Source: Camelus dromedarius | Taxonomy: Eukaryota | NCBI RefSeq assembly: GCF_036321535.1 | Contig: NC_087436.1 | Location: 46,440,001 to 46,504,000, forward strand | Length of the DNA stretch: 64,000 nucleotides | Reading direction: 5' to 3' | Shown: one piece after another, positions 1 to 13,774 of the stretch | Layout of the letters: each line of letters starts with the position of its first letter | Position numbering within the stretch: position 1 is the stretch's first letter | The notes under the pieces: model-generated | Databases searched by the model: none | What the model was told of the DNA's origin: nothing | The model's input: only the letters and a program-made list of their open reading frames with translations | Made by a program: the position numbers and the translations under genes

Positions 1-2157
1 AAAGAAAAGGAAAGACAAGGATGCCCACTATCACCACTCCTATTCAACATAGTCTTGAAAGTCCTAGCCACAGCAATCAGGCAAGAGAGAGAAATAAAAG
101 GGATTCAAATTGGAAAAGAAGAGGTAAAAGTGTCGCTATATGCCAACGACATGTTACTATATGTAGAAAACCCTAAAAGGTCCACACAAAAACTACTAGA
201 GCTGATCGAAGAATTCAGCAAAGTAGCAGATTACAAGATTAACGTTCAAAACTCAGTTGCATTTCTTTTCACTAACGATGAATCAACAGAAAAAGAAAGT
301 AAAGAAACAATCCCCTTTACAATAGCACCCAAAGTAATGAAATACCTAGGAATAAATCTAATCAAGGAGGTGAAAGAATTATACACAGAAAACTATAAGC
401 CATTGATGAAGGAAATTAAAGAAGACTTTAAAAACTAGAAAGATATCCCATGCTCTTGGATTGGAAGAATCAATATTGTTAAAATGGTCACACTACCCAA
501 GGCAATCTACAGATTTAATGCAATCCCTATCAAATTACCCAGGACATATTTCACAGAACTAGAACAAATCATAATAAAATTCATATGGAACCATCAAGGA
601 TCTAGAATCACCAAAGCGTTACTGAAGAGAAAGAAAGAGGCTGGAGGAATAACTCTTCCAGACTTCAGACAATACTATAGAGCTACAGTCATCAAGACAG
701 CATGGTATTGGTACAAAAACAGACATATAGACCAATGGAACAGGATAGAGAGCCCAGAAATGAAACCACAAACTTTTGATCAACTAATCAATGGAATAAA
801 GACAGTCTCTTCAGCAAATGGTGTTGGGAAAACTGGACAGCAGCATGTAAAGCGATGAAGCTAGAACACTCCCTTATACCATACACAAAAATAAACTTAA
901 AATAGATCAAAGACTTGAACATAAGACAAGATACAATAAACCTACTAGAAGAAAATATAGGCAAAACATTATCTGACATACATCTCAAAAATGTTCTCCT
1001 AGAACAGTCTACTCAAGCAATAGAAATAAGAGCAAGAATAAACAAATGGGACCTAATGAAACTTACAAGCTTCTGCACAGCAAAGGAAACCATAAGTAAA
1101 ACAAAAAGACAACCTATGGAATGGGAGAAAATTTTTGCAAATGAAACAGACAAAGGCTTGATCTCCAGAATATATAAGCAGCTCATATGACTTAATAAGA
1201 AACAACCAAACAACCCAATCCAAAAATGGGCAAAAGACCTAAACAAGCAATTCTCCAAGGAAGACATACAAATAATTAATGGGCACATGAAAAAATGCTC
1301 CATATCACTAATTATCAGAGAAATGCAAATCAAAACTACAATGAGGTATCACCTCACACCAGTCAGAATGGCCATCATTCAAAAATCCACAAATGACAAA
1401 TGCTGGAGAGGCTGTGGAGAAAGGGGAACCCTCCTACACTGCTGGTGGGAATGAAGTTTGGTACAGCCACTGTGGAAAACAGTATGGAGATTCCTCAAAA
1501 GACTAGGAATAGACTTACCGTATGACCCAGGAATCCCGCTCCTGGGCATTTATATAGAAGGAACCCTACTTCAGGATGACACCTGCAGCCCAATGTTCAT
1601 AGCAGCACTATTTACAATAGCCAAGACATGGAGAAGCCTAAATGTACATCAATGGATGACTTGATAAAGAAGAGGTGGTATATTTATACAATGGAATACT
1701 ACTCAGCCATAAAAACCAACAACATAATGCCATTTGCAGCAACATGGATGCTCCTGGAGAATGTCATTCTAAGTGAAGTAAGCCAGAAAGAGAAAGAAAA
1801 ATACCATATGAGATCGCTCATATGTGGAATCTAAAATACAAAAACAAAAACAAACAAACAAACAAAAACAAAGCGTAAATAAAGGACAGAAATAGACTCA
1901 CAGACAGAGAATACAGACTTGTGGTTACCAGGAGGGTGGAGGGTGGGAAGGGATAGACTGGGATTTCAAAATTGTAGAATAGACTACACTGTATAGCACA
2001 GGGAAATATACATAAAATGTTATGATAACTCACAGAGAAAAAAATGTGACAATGAGTGTGTATATGTCCATGAATAACTGAAAAATTGTGCTGAACACTG
2101 GAATTTGACACAACATTGTAAAATGATTATAAATCAATAAAAAATGTTAAAAAAAAA
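1..2157 (+). mobile_element. LINE-1 3' portion (ORF2 RT/C-terminal region, 3'UTR, poly-A), inactivated; continues off the left edge
   Basis: ORF2 peptides [62 protein letters not shown]. In-frame TAG at 436-438, further stops, and a frameshifting deletion near 790. ORF2 stop at 1834, G-rich 3'UTR, AATAAA 2136-2141, A-tail 2149-2157. Confidence 0.97.
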
Positions 2158-2159
2158 GA

Positions 2160-2800
2160 TACTGAGATGAAAATTCAATACAAGTCTTATAGCTATTTGG
2201 ATGTAGGGGCTGAAGTCGAAAAAGAAGATAGAGGTGAGATTTCTGGCTTGATTATTTATTGGTTAGAAGAGAGTTAGAAAGATAAATGATAAGTTGAATT
2301 TTAGTTAAGTTGAATTTGTGATCTTGATGAATTATTGCATTGGATTCACGAAGCAGACAGTTGGAAACCCGAGACTAGAATTCTGAGGTGGTGTCACACC
2401 TGGAGGTAACAGTTACATAGCTGAACTGTCACAGAGTAAGAATTGAAACCATAGGAGTAGAAGAATGGAGGGTGAAAGAGTGAAGATAGAACCACTTTAG
2501 AAATATCCACATTTAGGGAGTAGGATGAAAAGGAGAGTCAGAAAAGAGAGTGAGCATTCAAAGTAAAAAACAGGACACTGCCATGTTTGAACAATAAAGC
2601 AGATCAACTGAAAAAAAAGTGAGGGTGGTCAACAAAATGTTCTTAATAAAAAGAAATTCACAGGGATGGGACCTATAAAAAGCTCTTGGATTTGATGTTC
2701 TGGAGTCTTGGGATATTAACGGATGCATTGTGTTCAGCCGTGAGAGTGTAAGTCAGATGGCAAGAAGTTAAAATGTAAATAATAGGAAAGTTGACTATCT
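2160..2800 (-). mobile_element. Degenerate LINE-2 fragment
   Basis: Purine-rich antisense-L2-like text (GATAAGTTGAATTTTAGTTAAGTTGAATTTG...CAGACAGTTGGAAA...GTAAGAATTGAAACCATAGGAGTAG); boundaries approximate. Confidence 0.55.
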
Positions 2801-3309
2801 TTGAATATTGTTGATAGCATATGATTTAATGCAGAAGAAATGGCTAACTTTTTTGGCATGAGCTTTCTGTCAGTATACATTGAACCAATTTCAAGCCTAC
2901 AATTTTAGGTATAATATAACAACCATAGATATCATTTGCTTTTATTCTACAAGACACTGAGTGTTAGAGTTCTGTAGATGAATGCATCCTGACATGAGAA
3001 TTGCACTTCTGTCCTTGATTCTTAGGGAGACATCGTTACAGATTTGCCATTAATCTTCGATTCGTTTTTGCCATCAAACACTGCACTTCAGCAGTTCGGC
3101 CTTTTGGCTGTATGGTCAGGAGGGTGCTTTTTCTGTGCTGTCAGTTACCATGTTTTCTCATTTCATCCTCATAGATTTGTATTTCAGAATTTTGAGGCTA
3201 AGGCTTTACTCTGTATTCAAGCAGAGATTGGAGACCCGCCGTAAGGGAGTTGTAGGGGGATTCCTAGGCTGAACAAAAGTTGGACTGAGAAGCAATACCT
3301 CACAAAATA

Positions 3310-4260
3310 ATTATAATTACTAATTACTGAGAGTCTTACAACTTGCAGAACATCTTTCTAGGTAAGTTACCCACATCATCCGTAAGCCTTACAACAGTTG
3401 AGCAAAGTAGCTTATTAGGGAAGAAAAATAGGAAAAGTGAATGCAATAGAGTGAGATGATTATATCCACATGGGCTGGGGTCAGGCTGGACAGGGATCAA
3501 ATTCTAACTCTGTCATTCTCTGTCTTTATGGTTATGAGAAGGATTAAATAAAATAATGCATGAAAAATCTGTGATAAGCCCTCAATAGATCATAACTAGT
3601 TATTCTTCTCAAGTTTCACATGAAGAATCTGGAGTAAAGTAACTTGCCCAAGTTCACCTAAGTTGTTAAGTGGTAGAATGGGATTCAAGCCCAGCTCTCT
3701 CAGCCTCTGGTTTGTGCTTCTCCCAGGGGATCATGCTGCTTCTCTATCAGTAAGGTAGTTAGTATAGTCATCAACCTCACTGTGGAACACAAGAGGTTAC
3801 CAAAATTTCCATGGCTCAGTTTATAACATCAATAATAGCAATAAATAATTCTTTGTGAGTCCTTAAATATGAACTCCAGCCACTCTATGAAGAGGTGTAT
3901 TATTTCAATAGCTCTATGAAATAGATACTTTTATTATTTCCATTTAATAGATGAGGAAACCAAGATTTAAGAAATTTAAATATTTTGTCCAAAAAACAGC
4001 CAGTCAGTGGCAGAGCCAAGATTTGAGCCTCAGTACTTACAAATTACATTTCCCATGGGCTCCCTCTTTTATCCTCAAAAGTAACTCAAAAATGAGATAG
4101 TACCACACATTCTAACATGACCAATTTTTTTTTTCTGATGAGGATTGAGGTCATGCAGGTTAAGTAACTTATTCTAGTTCTTTCACACACATTTACCAAA
4201 AGACAATGCTGGGACTCAAGCACAAATGTCAAGCTGCCCTCTTTCCACAATGCCAGGCTG
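3310..4260. mobile_element. Cluster of degenerate MIR SINE fragments, mostly antisense
   Basis: MIR core-like motifs, e.g. TTTAATAGATGAGGAAACCAAG...GTCAGTGGCAGAGCCAAGATTTGAGCC (3943-4029), AAGTAACTTGCCCAAGTTCAC...GGGATTCAAGCCCAG, GAGAAGGATTAAATAAAATAATGCATG. Confidence 0.65.
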
Positions 4261-7200
4261 CCTCCAGATGGCTGGTAGGACCCTTCTCAACTTTAAGATT
4301 CTGTGCCTCTGAATCAGCTTGGAAAGTCTGAGGAGCACAAACAAAAATAGGTGAATCATTTTCCTTGCAATCATGAAAGTCATAGTCTTTACAATTCATG
4401 CACTGTCAACCCTCCAGCAAACAAAAGAATGGATGAATACTGGTTAGTAACACCCTAGAACCTCTCTACATTGAGCGTAGGGAGACAGGGCAATGCTGAT
4501 TCTTGTCCAAGGCACATCAGAACACCTGATTAGCTTGTTATAATACAGTTTCATGTTTCCCCTCAAGGGCACCAATTTGAAAAGTGTAAAATATCAAGAT
4601 CCTGGTATATTTGCTATTAGTGATTTTTTTCTTTAGGATAATCAGATGAATAAAGTCTGTTTTCTGCTGTTCATAATGCTGTCATTTACATGGTCTACAA
4701 GGTATTTTGTTGATTTTACATTTATTCTGAGCTTCTCATTGCAAAAGATTGAAGTACATTTCTTGATTCGTAGCAGAACCAGAATGTCAAGTGTAAACCG
4801 CTCAGAACTTTTCAGGATTTTCCCATTGTCATCTGCACCCATTGCTACGACCACTCTCTTCTTAATGAAAGAGGACTTGTTGCCTAGTTCATAAGGGCCT
4901 CTGCTCTCATCATGAACCACAGCCCTGGGCTTTAATGTTAATGGCTAAGATTTCTTTTCTCTATCCTAGTGACTTAAAAACATAGCCTTAAAAATAAGCA
5001 AAGCTATTTTCATGTTTAATACTGTCTTTTTAAATTAGAATATCATGTTGTTCAGAAATTGTGGTAAATTTGTTAATCAAACTTAGGCAATAAGATGAAC
5101 AAACATCATGAAGTTATCTTCTGACCATAAATTAATCTTCTAATCAGTTGGCTACCATCACCTTGCCAAATAACACAGAGGCCTGATAAAAGATTTAGTG
5201 GTTATTGGTCTCAACATCATCAGACAACAGCTGGTTTTAAATGAGTCCTGAGCTCTCACAGTTTCAGTAAGCCACCCAGGAGCTCTGCTTAAATACTTTC
5301 ATAAAATTCTTTTCTCTTTCCAGTATATGCAAGTAAATTTTCATAACAGCTGGGACTATCCAAAACTGATAGCATCTTAAAAACATCTTCGGCAAGACAG
5401 ATTAAGTTCCAGAAAAGGAAAGCATTTAGAAGTTTATTTTATTATCTTAACCTTTGTTGACTTGAATGATTAAACAGATTCTTTGGCTCTGCTAAAGCAT
5501 TTAGGTCTGGATATTAATTTGATGTTCTTATTTACTTAACCCTTGCCTTTCTCTTTAGCCCTAATGAATACACTACTCATTTGGTGCTGAATGTATTGCC
5601 TGTGAAAAGGGAATGGCTATAACACAATGGAAAGAACTAAATTGTGAGAAAATTATTTTAATGATTTCCAGATTCAGCAGAAGTTGGCATGGAAACAGCA
5701 AGCTCGTTAAAATTTGCAAATGTTCTTGTTATAGTTCATAATCAACGTTCTCTTTTGAGTGTTCTGTCATACTTCAAACCACTAAGAGCCAGGAGCATTT
5801 ATAAATTTGTCCTAATGTGGGTTAATTTTAAAAATAGTTTATTTTTGCAAACAACCATTGATGTGTAGACAATACTTCCCTTGGAATTCGGTGTTGCAAA
5901 TTATATCTCAATTATTGGTTGTATAGATGAACCCAGTAAGGAAAAGAAAAAGAGATATTACAAAAAGTTGAGGAAGTGACTCTACCTATTTTACATCACT
6001 TTAAATCTTGACATTTTTGTCTAATGTAAAGTATTATATAAGGGAATCTACACATATAGTAATCCAGCAGGATAAGCTTTTATACAAAGTATTTGGAAGT
6101 TAGAGTGAACATTTCACAAAACCCTTATATTTAAAAAAGAAAAACACACACACAATAGGCAGAAGCCTGAAATTTGAACCCTCAACTGAAAATTCTATTA
6201 ATGACCTTAGATATATTAAAATAAAACCAAGATCCAACCCCAACCATATCCTCTGACAAAGAATTCTGGAGAATGATGCCAGCTAGTTTAAATAGTGGCT
6301 GGATTTCCTTTTAATCTTTTTAATGGACTGACCTTCATGTTAAAAATAGCTACTCATTATATTTTATGAAATAAGGGAAAGATTTCATTTGTCCACACTT
6401 TTGTACTCATTTCTCATTTCAATTACACTGTTCTTTTTACTTATTTCACTTTTTTGTGTGTGATTTATATATCTGGATATATACCTTATAGTTTTTTCAG
6501 GCTAATGTACACCATTTCATATTTTTCTTGAAAATGAGTGGAATGAAAGATTTTAGGTAAAATATGTATATATATTTAATATTACTCCATTTATATTTCT
6601 TTGTTTGAATTTTGCAAGTGCTACTATCTGTGAAATGTTTTCTAAATAAATAATTCCTTAGTAAAATAATGATCTTTTCTCAAACACAAAGCTATACAGA
6701 CAATTTTGTTCTCTTGTCTCATACTTAAACAAGATAGTTTACGCATGAATTCAGTTAGGTTTATTAATCCATATGATGTGGAGCTATGATTTGCATTTTT
6801 GCCTGCAACTGAAACGTATAATAAAATGTGGAGGGAAAGACAGATGTGGGGTTGGTGACTTTATATAAGAAAGAGGAAATAAGCCTTTAAGTGAATATAT
6901 TAAAATCTGTATTTGAAATGCCTCAAAAAAATCCAACATCCTATAGTTGGTAATATCTATAAATAATAAGCATACTGCTAATAGGAAATACAGCAATTTC
7001 TATGCAATTTATGCCAACAAAATCCAACACAATTACCACCATTCTTTTTCTATCACTCCCAAATGCAGAATTATAGTTGCAACAAAATGTTAATGAGGTG
7101 GATTAACCAAATAGGAATCAAGAAAGTATGAAACAGCAGATTTTTGATGGTACATCAGGATTTGCAGAAGGGACTAGAATGCAAGACTGGATTTTTGATT

Positions 7201-10200
7201 CATCCCTTTAGAATGAGTGGAATAATGGCTTATGCATTGACAGATCATGCTCTGGGAGAACAGTTCCTGCAGGTCTGAATGATATGGGTCTCTGGAAAGT
7301 CATTTAGTGCCAGACAGCAGCATCCTTTCATAAGCATACCTGCACTAATGTGTCCAGCAGTTCCTTGTAGCAGACAGAGCCTGTAAATCACAAGTGGCAA
7401 ACAGGACTGGCTTTGTAGGAGAAAGACGTCAGTGGCACCGTCCTACTTCACATGCTGTTCTAAAGCAGCTTTGGAGGGAGTCAGGAAGCTTTGATTTTCA
7501 TTCCTTAGAAGTTAGTTAAATTTTGTCTGAAAAATGTTGGTATTCAGAGGAACCCTTGCTGACCACTATTATTTTACTAGCACAAGTAGACTTTTGAATG
7601 ATAATACTAATAATAACAATGCAGCACTATTGTTTTTATATTCCACATACCAAGGAAACTTCTGGGCATTCTTACCATATTTTATTACCTTGTAGTTCAG
7701 TATGAATCTGTTGATAAGAAAAAAAAAAAGAAGTCCAAGTGACAGAGAAGATGATATCAAAACCCTCCAATGAAGGCACTCAAAATACCAAAGAACTAGG
7801 AGCATCAGGCTCTCTTGCTATGACAGAAACTATAGTTAGCTATAGGCCTGAAGGAATTCTTTAGAATCAAGAATTAAGTTAGGGAAATGGTGGTGAGTAA
7901 GCAAGAGGAGAGAGAAATTGACGCTGCAGAGTGTCACTGCTGTTCTGGCTCGAAGCCTATGTGATGTGATGTGAACTAGCAGGAACTAAGTATAACCCTA
8001 GGAAGTACAAGGGGACAACAGGTGGCAATTCTTGCCTCATTCACCATGTCTTCAAAAGAACACATCAGCCTGAATATTTCAAGTTTATTGGCAGGTGAGA
8101 AAAAAGGCTACAGGAGACACCACCAGATTTTTAATTAAGAATACGTTCAATTGTTTTTTAAAATAGCTTTATTCTTTGGGCCTTTCATCAGGCTTATTTT
8201 TAGAAGTTGAGTTAATCTGTTTTTCTAGACTATTGAAATTGTGGCCCAACTTTGAAATATCACACCCAAGTCTTGACCCTATCGTGACTTAGAGGAGGAC
8301 ATCACCATGTGAGATGTCTGGATTGCTGAAAGGAAGTTCTTTCACTGGTGAAGTAGAAAGTACGGAATGCAGGATGTGACTGAAGGAGCTATGCCGAAAC
8401 CCAGAACACACCAGAGAGTCTTCCAAAACACACCTAGTTCTAAGTTACATGGGTTGTGTTGTTTTGTCTTTTTCCAGATTTACAAGTGGTTTCTCACATC
8501 AAACACTTGCTTTTTTCACAAACAATTGCTGAAAATATTATACAGTATATCATTCTGTATGTAGATGTTAGTACATATACCATTCTCCTCAACAGGAATT
8601 ATTCTATCTCTAGAGATAGATATATACACATATGTGTGTGGATGTTGGCTTACAATTACACTCTGTATACTGTCTTAATGAAAGAGTTCTCCATAGGTAT
8701 AGATTAGTATTCATGTCTACAAGACCTAAACAGGTTCCAACGTGAACCAACCTTCTCTTGTTTATACTCTGCCTCCTATTAAGAAAAGATGGGTAAATAT
8801 TCAAAGCAATTTGTTAAGTTTTGGGAGGGGGATAAAGTTGACATATCTTCCTTAACTGTTCATTTAAAAAGCATTTTTGTGTTCAGTACGGAATTTCAGA
8901 ATTGTTTAAAGAGAATAGGGATTAACTTTTAAAAATTTAGTGCTTAATTTTTCTTTGTGTATGACTTTGCCTGCAGGGAACACCATTTTCAATGTTCCTT
9001 AGCAAAGTTAGATGGAAATGATCACGGTGACGGTCCTTGACTATCATATCAGATTGGCTCTGACTTACTGAGTAAGCTTTTCAACAATCACCTTTGAGGG
9101 GCAAATACTTGTCTCAACTTGAATATCAGAGAAAAGTTTGAGACCTAGTTTAGAACTCATTACCACTTACTAGCTATCTTATTTCTTTATATTTCTTAGT
9201 GGCTGAGGAAGCCAGAAGTTTCTAGAATGCCAGCACCAGAATTTTCTTTTCGGATTATAAACTTTTCCATATGGAAGGGACTCGAACATGTTCCTGGCAT
9301 TTAAGATAAGTCATAGCAGCACCTTGTAACTTTTCAGCCTTGATTCTTCCTTACTTTTAATTTACTCTTATCCTACTGAGATAAGTTCTTTGAGAAGGTA
9401 AATGCTGGAAAGATTGTAAATCATTAACATAGTTTCATCAGATGTTTTGAAAATCGGAAACTCTTTTGTCTTCATTAGCAAGGCTGATGATTAGCACAGC
9501 ATGGGACACATCATCTGGCCAAAAACTGCTAGCTATAATTTGACCATTTTTATTATTTTTAATTTCTTTGATATTATGTCTTGTTTAAAGAATTTATAAT
9601 CTCTATGACAATCACAATAAGCTTGATAATGAAAATAATAGTAAGGAATACTTAACCTTTTTTTATAACGTTATTTTTTCTTTGCCAAGTAGGTAACTAC
9701 TGTGTTTAAATTAAGAACTTCACCTCTTACACACACTACTGTCATTTTTGGCATAGATAAACATAAATTATTCCTACTTTGACAAAGTGAAGTTTCTAAA
9801 GAATCTTTAGTGTTAGGAAATTCTAGAGTATAACATTATAAAACCATTTTTGTTACTTTTTGGCTCATTATAAAATTACTTTTCAGTCTCATAACCTTTT
9901 GTTTCATAGTCACTCACAATTATTCAATAATATTGTAAAAGGAAATGAATTTTGAGGAGTAACAGGAAGAAGGGAGTATTCAGAGATCTATTAGACATTT
10001 TGGATTTGTTCAGAAAATTAATGTAGGGATTTACAACTTCAGCTTTCATTTTACACTTTTAGGCAGAAAAGTCAAACAAAATCGAAATGGGAAAAGCTTT
10101 CTATGTCACCAGTACAATGTTGAATATTAATGCTGTAACTCTATACTGGTCTTTGTTATTACTTACACTTTGGAGCCCTGTCGTTCTAATAAAATGTGTC

Positions 10201-10494
10201 AGAGAAGAATGCAAAGTTTGAGTCATGGTATCTACCCAGAATTTTATATAGTAACTGTTATAATAACTCAAGATTTTTAGAATGTGTCAAATGGCATGTG
10301 CCAACAGGCCTGTAGTTTGAGAAACTGTCACAACTTATGTGGGATTTCTGTTGAGGGTAGAGAATAACTCCCTCGCTTGTAGCTGGGGAAAGGAAGTCAA
10401 TGTCTTAATTTTTCCTTATTTTTGAAATGTCATACACTATTTTGTACAGTCTTCCTTCTCTGTTTTGTTTGAATCAATAATTCTCACAAGGCAA

Positions 10495-10812
10495 ATTTGA
10501 AGCTACAAACTGGTAGCCTGTGGACAGTTTCCAATAGTAGACACATTTTATTTGGCTCAACCAAATTACTTGCTAATACTTTAATATTGGGCAGTTTCAT
10601 ACAAAATCTTATTTTTTTAGTTCCTCTTGGAAAATCAGAGGCCCTGACACCATTGGGTACATATTCTTTATAATTTCAGTTGACTGAAGATGGATGGAAT
10701 CTATCTGCTTTAGATGGGGCATACATTCCACATTACACACAGTGACCCCCCGCAGCCCACTTCAGTTATTTACATAAGTGCACAGTCCCTGTCAGCACTG
10801 GAGTTTCCAGTG
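10495..10812. mobile_element. hAT-Charlie DNA transposon remnant (MER102-like)
   Basis: CTCTTGGAAAATCAGAGG...CTTTAGATGGGGCAT...CAGCCCACTTCAGTTATTTACAT...GGAGTTT resembles remembered MER102 consensus; a related copy lies at about 15870-16415. Confidence 0.55.
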
Positions 10813-12671
10813 TGTGAATTACAGAGATTAAGATAATTTTGCTTCTGATATTATGATGACAAAGTCCATCAAAATATGCGGACCCAGGTAACAAAACAAC
10901 AATGACAAATCATTTATCTTCTAGGAAGAAGACTAGATTATTGTCTTTAATTTAATTTACATATAATTTGTTTTAAAATTACATAGAATTCTTCTTGCAC
11001 TGGTGATTGTCAATCTGTGGTATTGTAGGATTTTTTTTTATTAGTACACCAAGTCTGTTCAAAGGATAAATTAGGACTAGTTCAAACTTGATAGTTTTAT
11101 ATCAAGATGTCAATATAATTGATGCTATTTTTATGAAATATGAATTGTAAATAACAGAATTTTTGAAAAGTTACCCCATTGTATATAGAATAGAATAGCA
11201 ATTCAATAACATGCAAATAATATTTAAAAGATACATTTTAGCCCTTTAGTTATATATGTTTAAAATTAGAAACAGCACAGACATTGAAGGCTTGTTAAAG
11301 TCTTGCTCTTCAGAGTCACTCCTTTGAGGAAAAATATAGCCCCTAATTTCAGAATTTCCTCTAGGTTTTTCTTAAAAGCATGTAGTATGTTGGTTTATTA
11401 ATTAAGATGATCTAGCTTAGACATCTATACAGGTTATAGCCAAAGTTCATAGATATTTAGAATCATAATACAAATTTAGTTCCATATGTTTTTATTGAAC
11501 CCAAATAATTTCCTTTATAATACTAGTCAGTATACTTCTAGAAACATTCATACTTTAAGGCACTCTGTATTTCTTCTGGGTTTTTGTTGTTCTGGTTGTA
11601 TGGTTAGATTAATGGAAACATCTCCCCTTATAAACCTTTCTAAGGAAATTGCCCTTATGGAGCACCAATAAAAAAAATAAGTTAACAAATTGTTTGGATT
11701 TGTCCTTTATAGTTATGCTGACATATCTTAAGAAAAAGAATTAATTTGAGTCAGTATTATTTGATCCTTTGTTCTCTGTATCCTCCTTGATGTAAAAATA
11801 AATTGAAAACTGATTTCTCTGAGTGTAACAAATACAGAATTTGAGGGTGTTGTTCAAAGAATTAAAAAAAATTTATCATAAAAAGGATCCCATAAAGTAG
11901 ATCATATTTCCTTTTATGCAAAAGAGTTGTATGCATTGGAAACATTTTTTTTCTTATAGTGTTTTTAGCTGTTGGATAATATAGGAGTGAAAAATTAACT
12001 TTTCATTAGAATTATAAAATCTTTTGGCAATGTCAGAAAGGGTTTCTGATAAATCTTGATTGTCCTATTCTAAAAGGGTGGTGAGGGAGGAGATGATATG
12101 GGTAAGAGAAATTCACTTACTGCTCTATTAAATTTTCTCTTATAACTGCAAAATAAACCCATTTTATAGCCAGCCAGTTGACTAAAAACTCATTCAGGGT
12201 ATCCTAAGTTCATGGTTCCTGAGTTTTGTTCAAACACCTTTGGTGGCAAGGAACTCACTCTCTTGAAAAGCAGACTATTCTAATTATGGACAGTTCTAAA
12301 TATTACAAAGTAATATAATCATTCATTCATTCAACAAATATTTATTGTTCCTTCTTTTGAATTAACACCTGCTGTTCTCTACTTCCTGTCATTCAGTCTT
12401 AGTCCATTCCTCTTCCACATGACAACCCTTTCGTAATTTTATAGAAACACTGAATGAGGTTCAGGGTTGGAATGAACCCTAAAGCCCTGCTTGTCCAAAA
12501 CTTACTTCCCTCAACAAACAATGGTACAGCGTAAGCCTGGACACTCCCTGTGATGGTGGTGGTGGTAATGCTCCCAGGCAGTTCTGAGCCTCTTCAAATT
12601 AGCTCTCCCATCCCAGCTCACTTCCTCCCGCTCCCACCCCAGCTCCTTCATCCATTCCACGTGTGACACTT

Positions 12672-12753
12672 GGTTTTTTTTTGATGAAAGTACTGGGGAT
12701 TGAACCATGCTAAACATGTGCTCTACCACTGAGCTATTACCCTCCCTCTTCAA
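12672..12753 (-). mobile_element. Camelid tRNA-derived SINE (vic-1 type), short copy with internal deletion
   Basis: Reverse strand GGGAGGGTAATAGCTCAGTGGTAGAGCACATG...GGTTCAATCCCCAGTAC (Pol III A and B boxes), A tail, TSD GTGACACTT at 12663-12671 and 12754-12762. Confidence 0.88.
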
Positions 12754-13700
12754 GTGACACTTTTGTATCTTCGTTCTCTCCTGGTTGTCCTCTATGTATG
12801 TTTCTATCTATGTCCTCCTTAAAGGGTAACTCTCAGAAATTAAACATATTAATTCAGGTGTAGGCTGGCCTAAGTGAGACAGAACCTAACTGCTTATGCT
12901 TCTGTTTATGTTAATATTGCCTGGAATTAGATTAGCTTTAAACCACATTGGCAATCATGTCATGCGTTTATTATCAACTTAAATTCTGAAGTCTTTTTTT
13001 CCCATTGTTACTAGCCCTTAGCTCCTCAGTTGTGTATCTAGATGGCTTGTTTATTGGATTCAAACACTGGCCTTTACTTTTATTCCCACATTATTACTAT
13101 ACTCCATCCTGTTGAGAGCCTCTCTGGAGTCTGATTTTGCCACCCAGCAATTATTACATCTCTCTTCTGTCCCATTTTCTAAAGATTTGAGCCATAGTAT
13201 AGAAACATATACACACATCAGGAGAAACCATTCTCAGACCCAAAGTTTGAGAAAACTAATTCAAACCATGATACAATGTTGAGTGGAATAAAACTGAACA
13301 TGAATTGTAGGACCAGTTAAGCAGTATTACTAAGGTAAATTGTTCAACCAGTTATAAATCCCCCTTTTTATTAGCTTTCAGTTCCTATTTCTCAATTTGG
13401 TATCTAAGAATAATATAAGATTGACATACCTCTTGCTGATATCCAGTTATATATGTACATCCATCTGCTAATAACCCTTTTTAAAAAGGCAGTAAGATTG
13501 TATTTTTAAACTGCACTTTTCTAAATTTTCACTAACAAACCTTTTAATAATCTTTTCTACTCTTAAATCAATAAAATTCTACCAAATTGTCCATATTTTG
13601 CAAGATTAGCCTTCTCTTTTGTTTTTTTCCTTTTATTATTTCTCTTGCTTTCTACAGTTTCTGAAAAACAATCTGAATGGTTTGGTAAATTTTTTTGTCA

Positions 13701-13774
13701 AATGCTTAGTATTTTGAAACTATTTCTTCTAACTTAGATGCTCAGTATTTTGAAAGTCATTTCTTCAAACTAAT
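13701..13774. repeat. Degenerate tandem duplication of about 37 bp
   Basis: ATGCTTAGTATTTTGAAACTATTTCTTC followed by ATGCTCAGTATTTTGAAAGTCATTTCTTC. Confidence 0.75.

Noticed and set aside
4642..4920. Overlapping 92-aa and 82-aa ORFs on opposite strands as a possible retrogene
   Set aside because: No recognisable family, no poly-A tail or TSD
4985..6350. MEF2-like TTAAAAATAG motifs
   Set aside because: Expected by chance in very AT-rich DNA, with no supporting context
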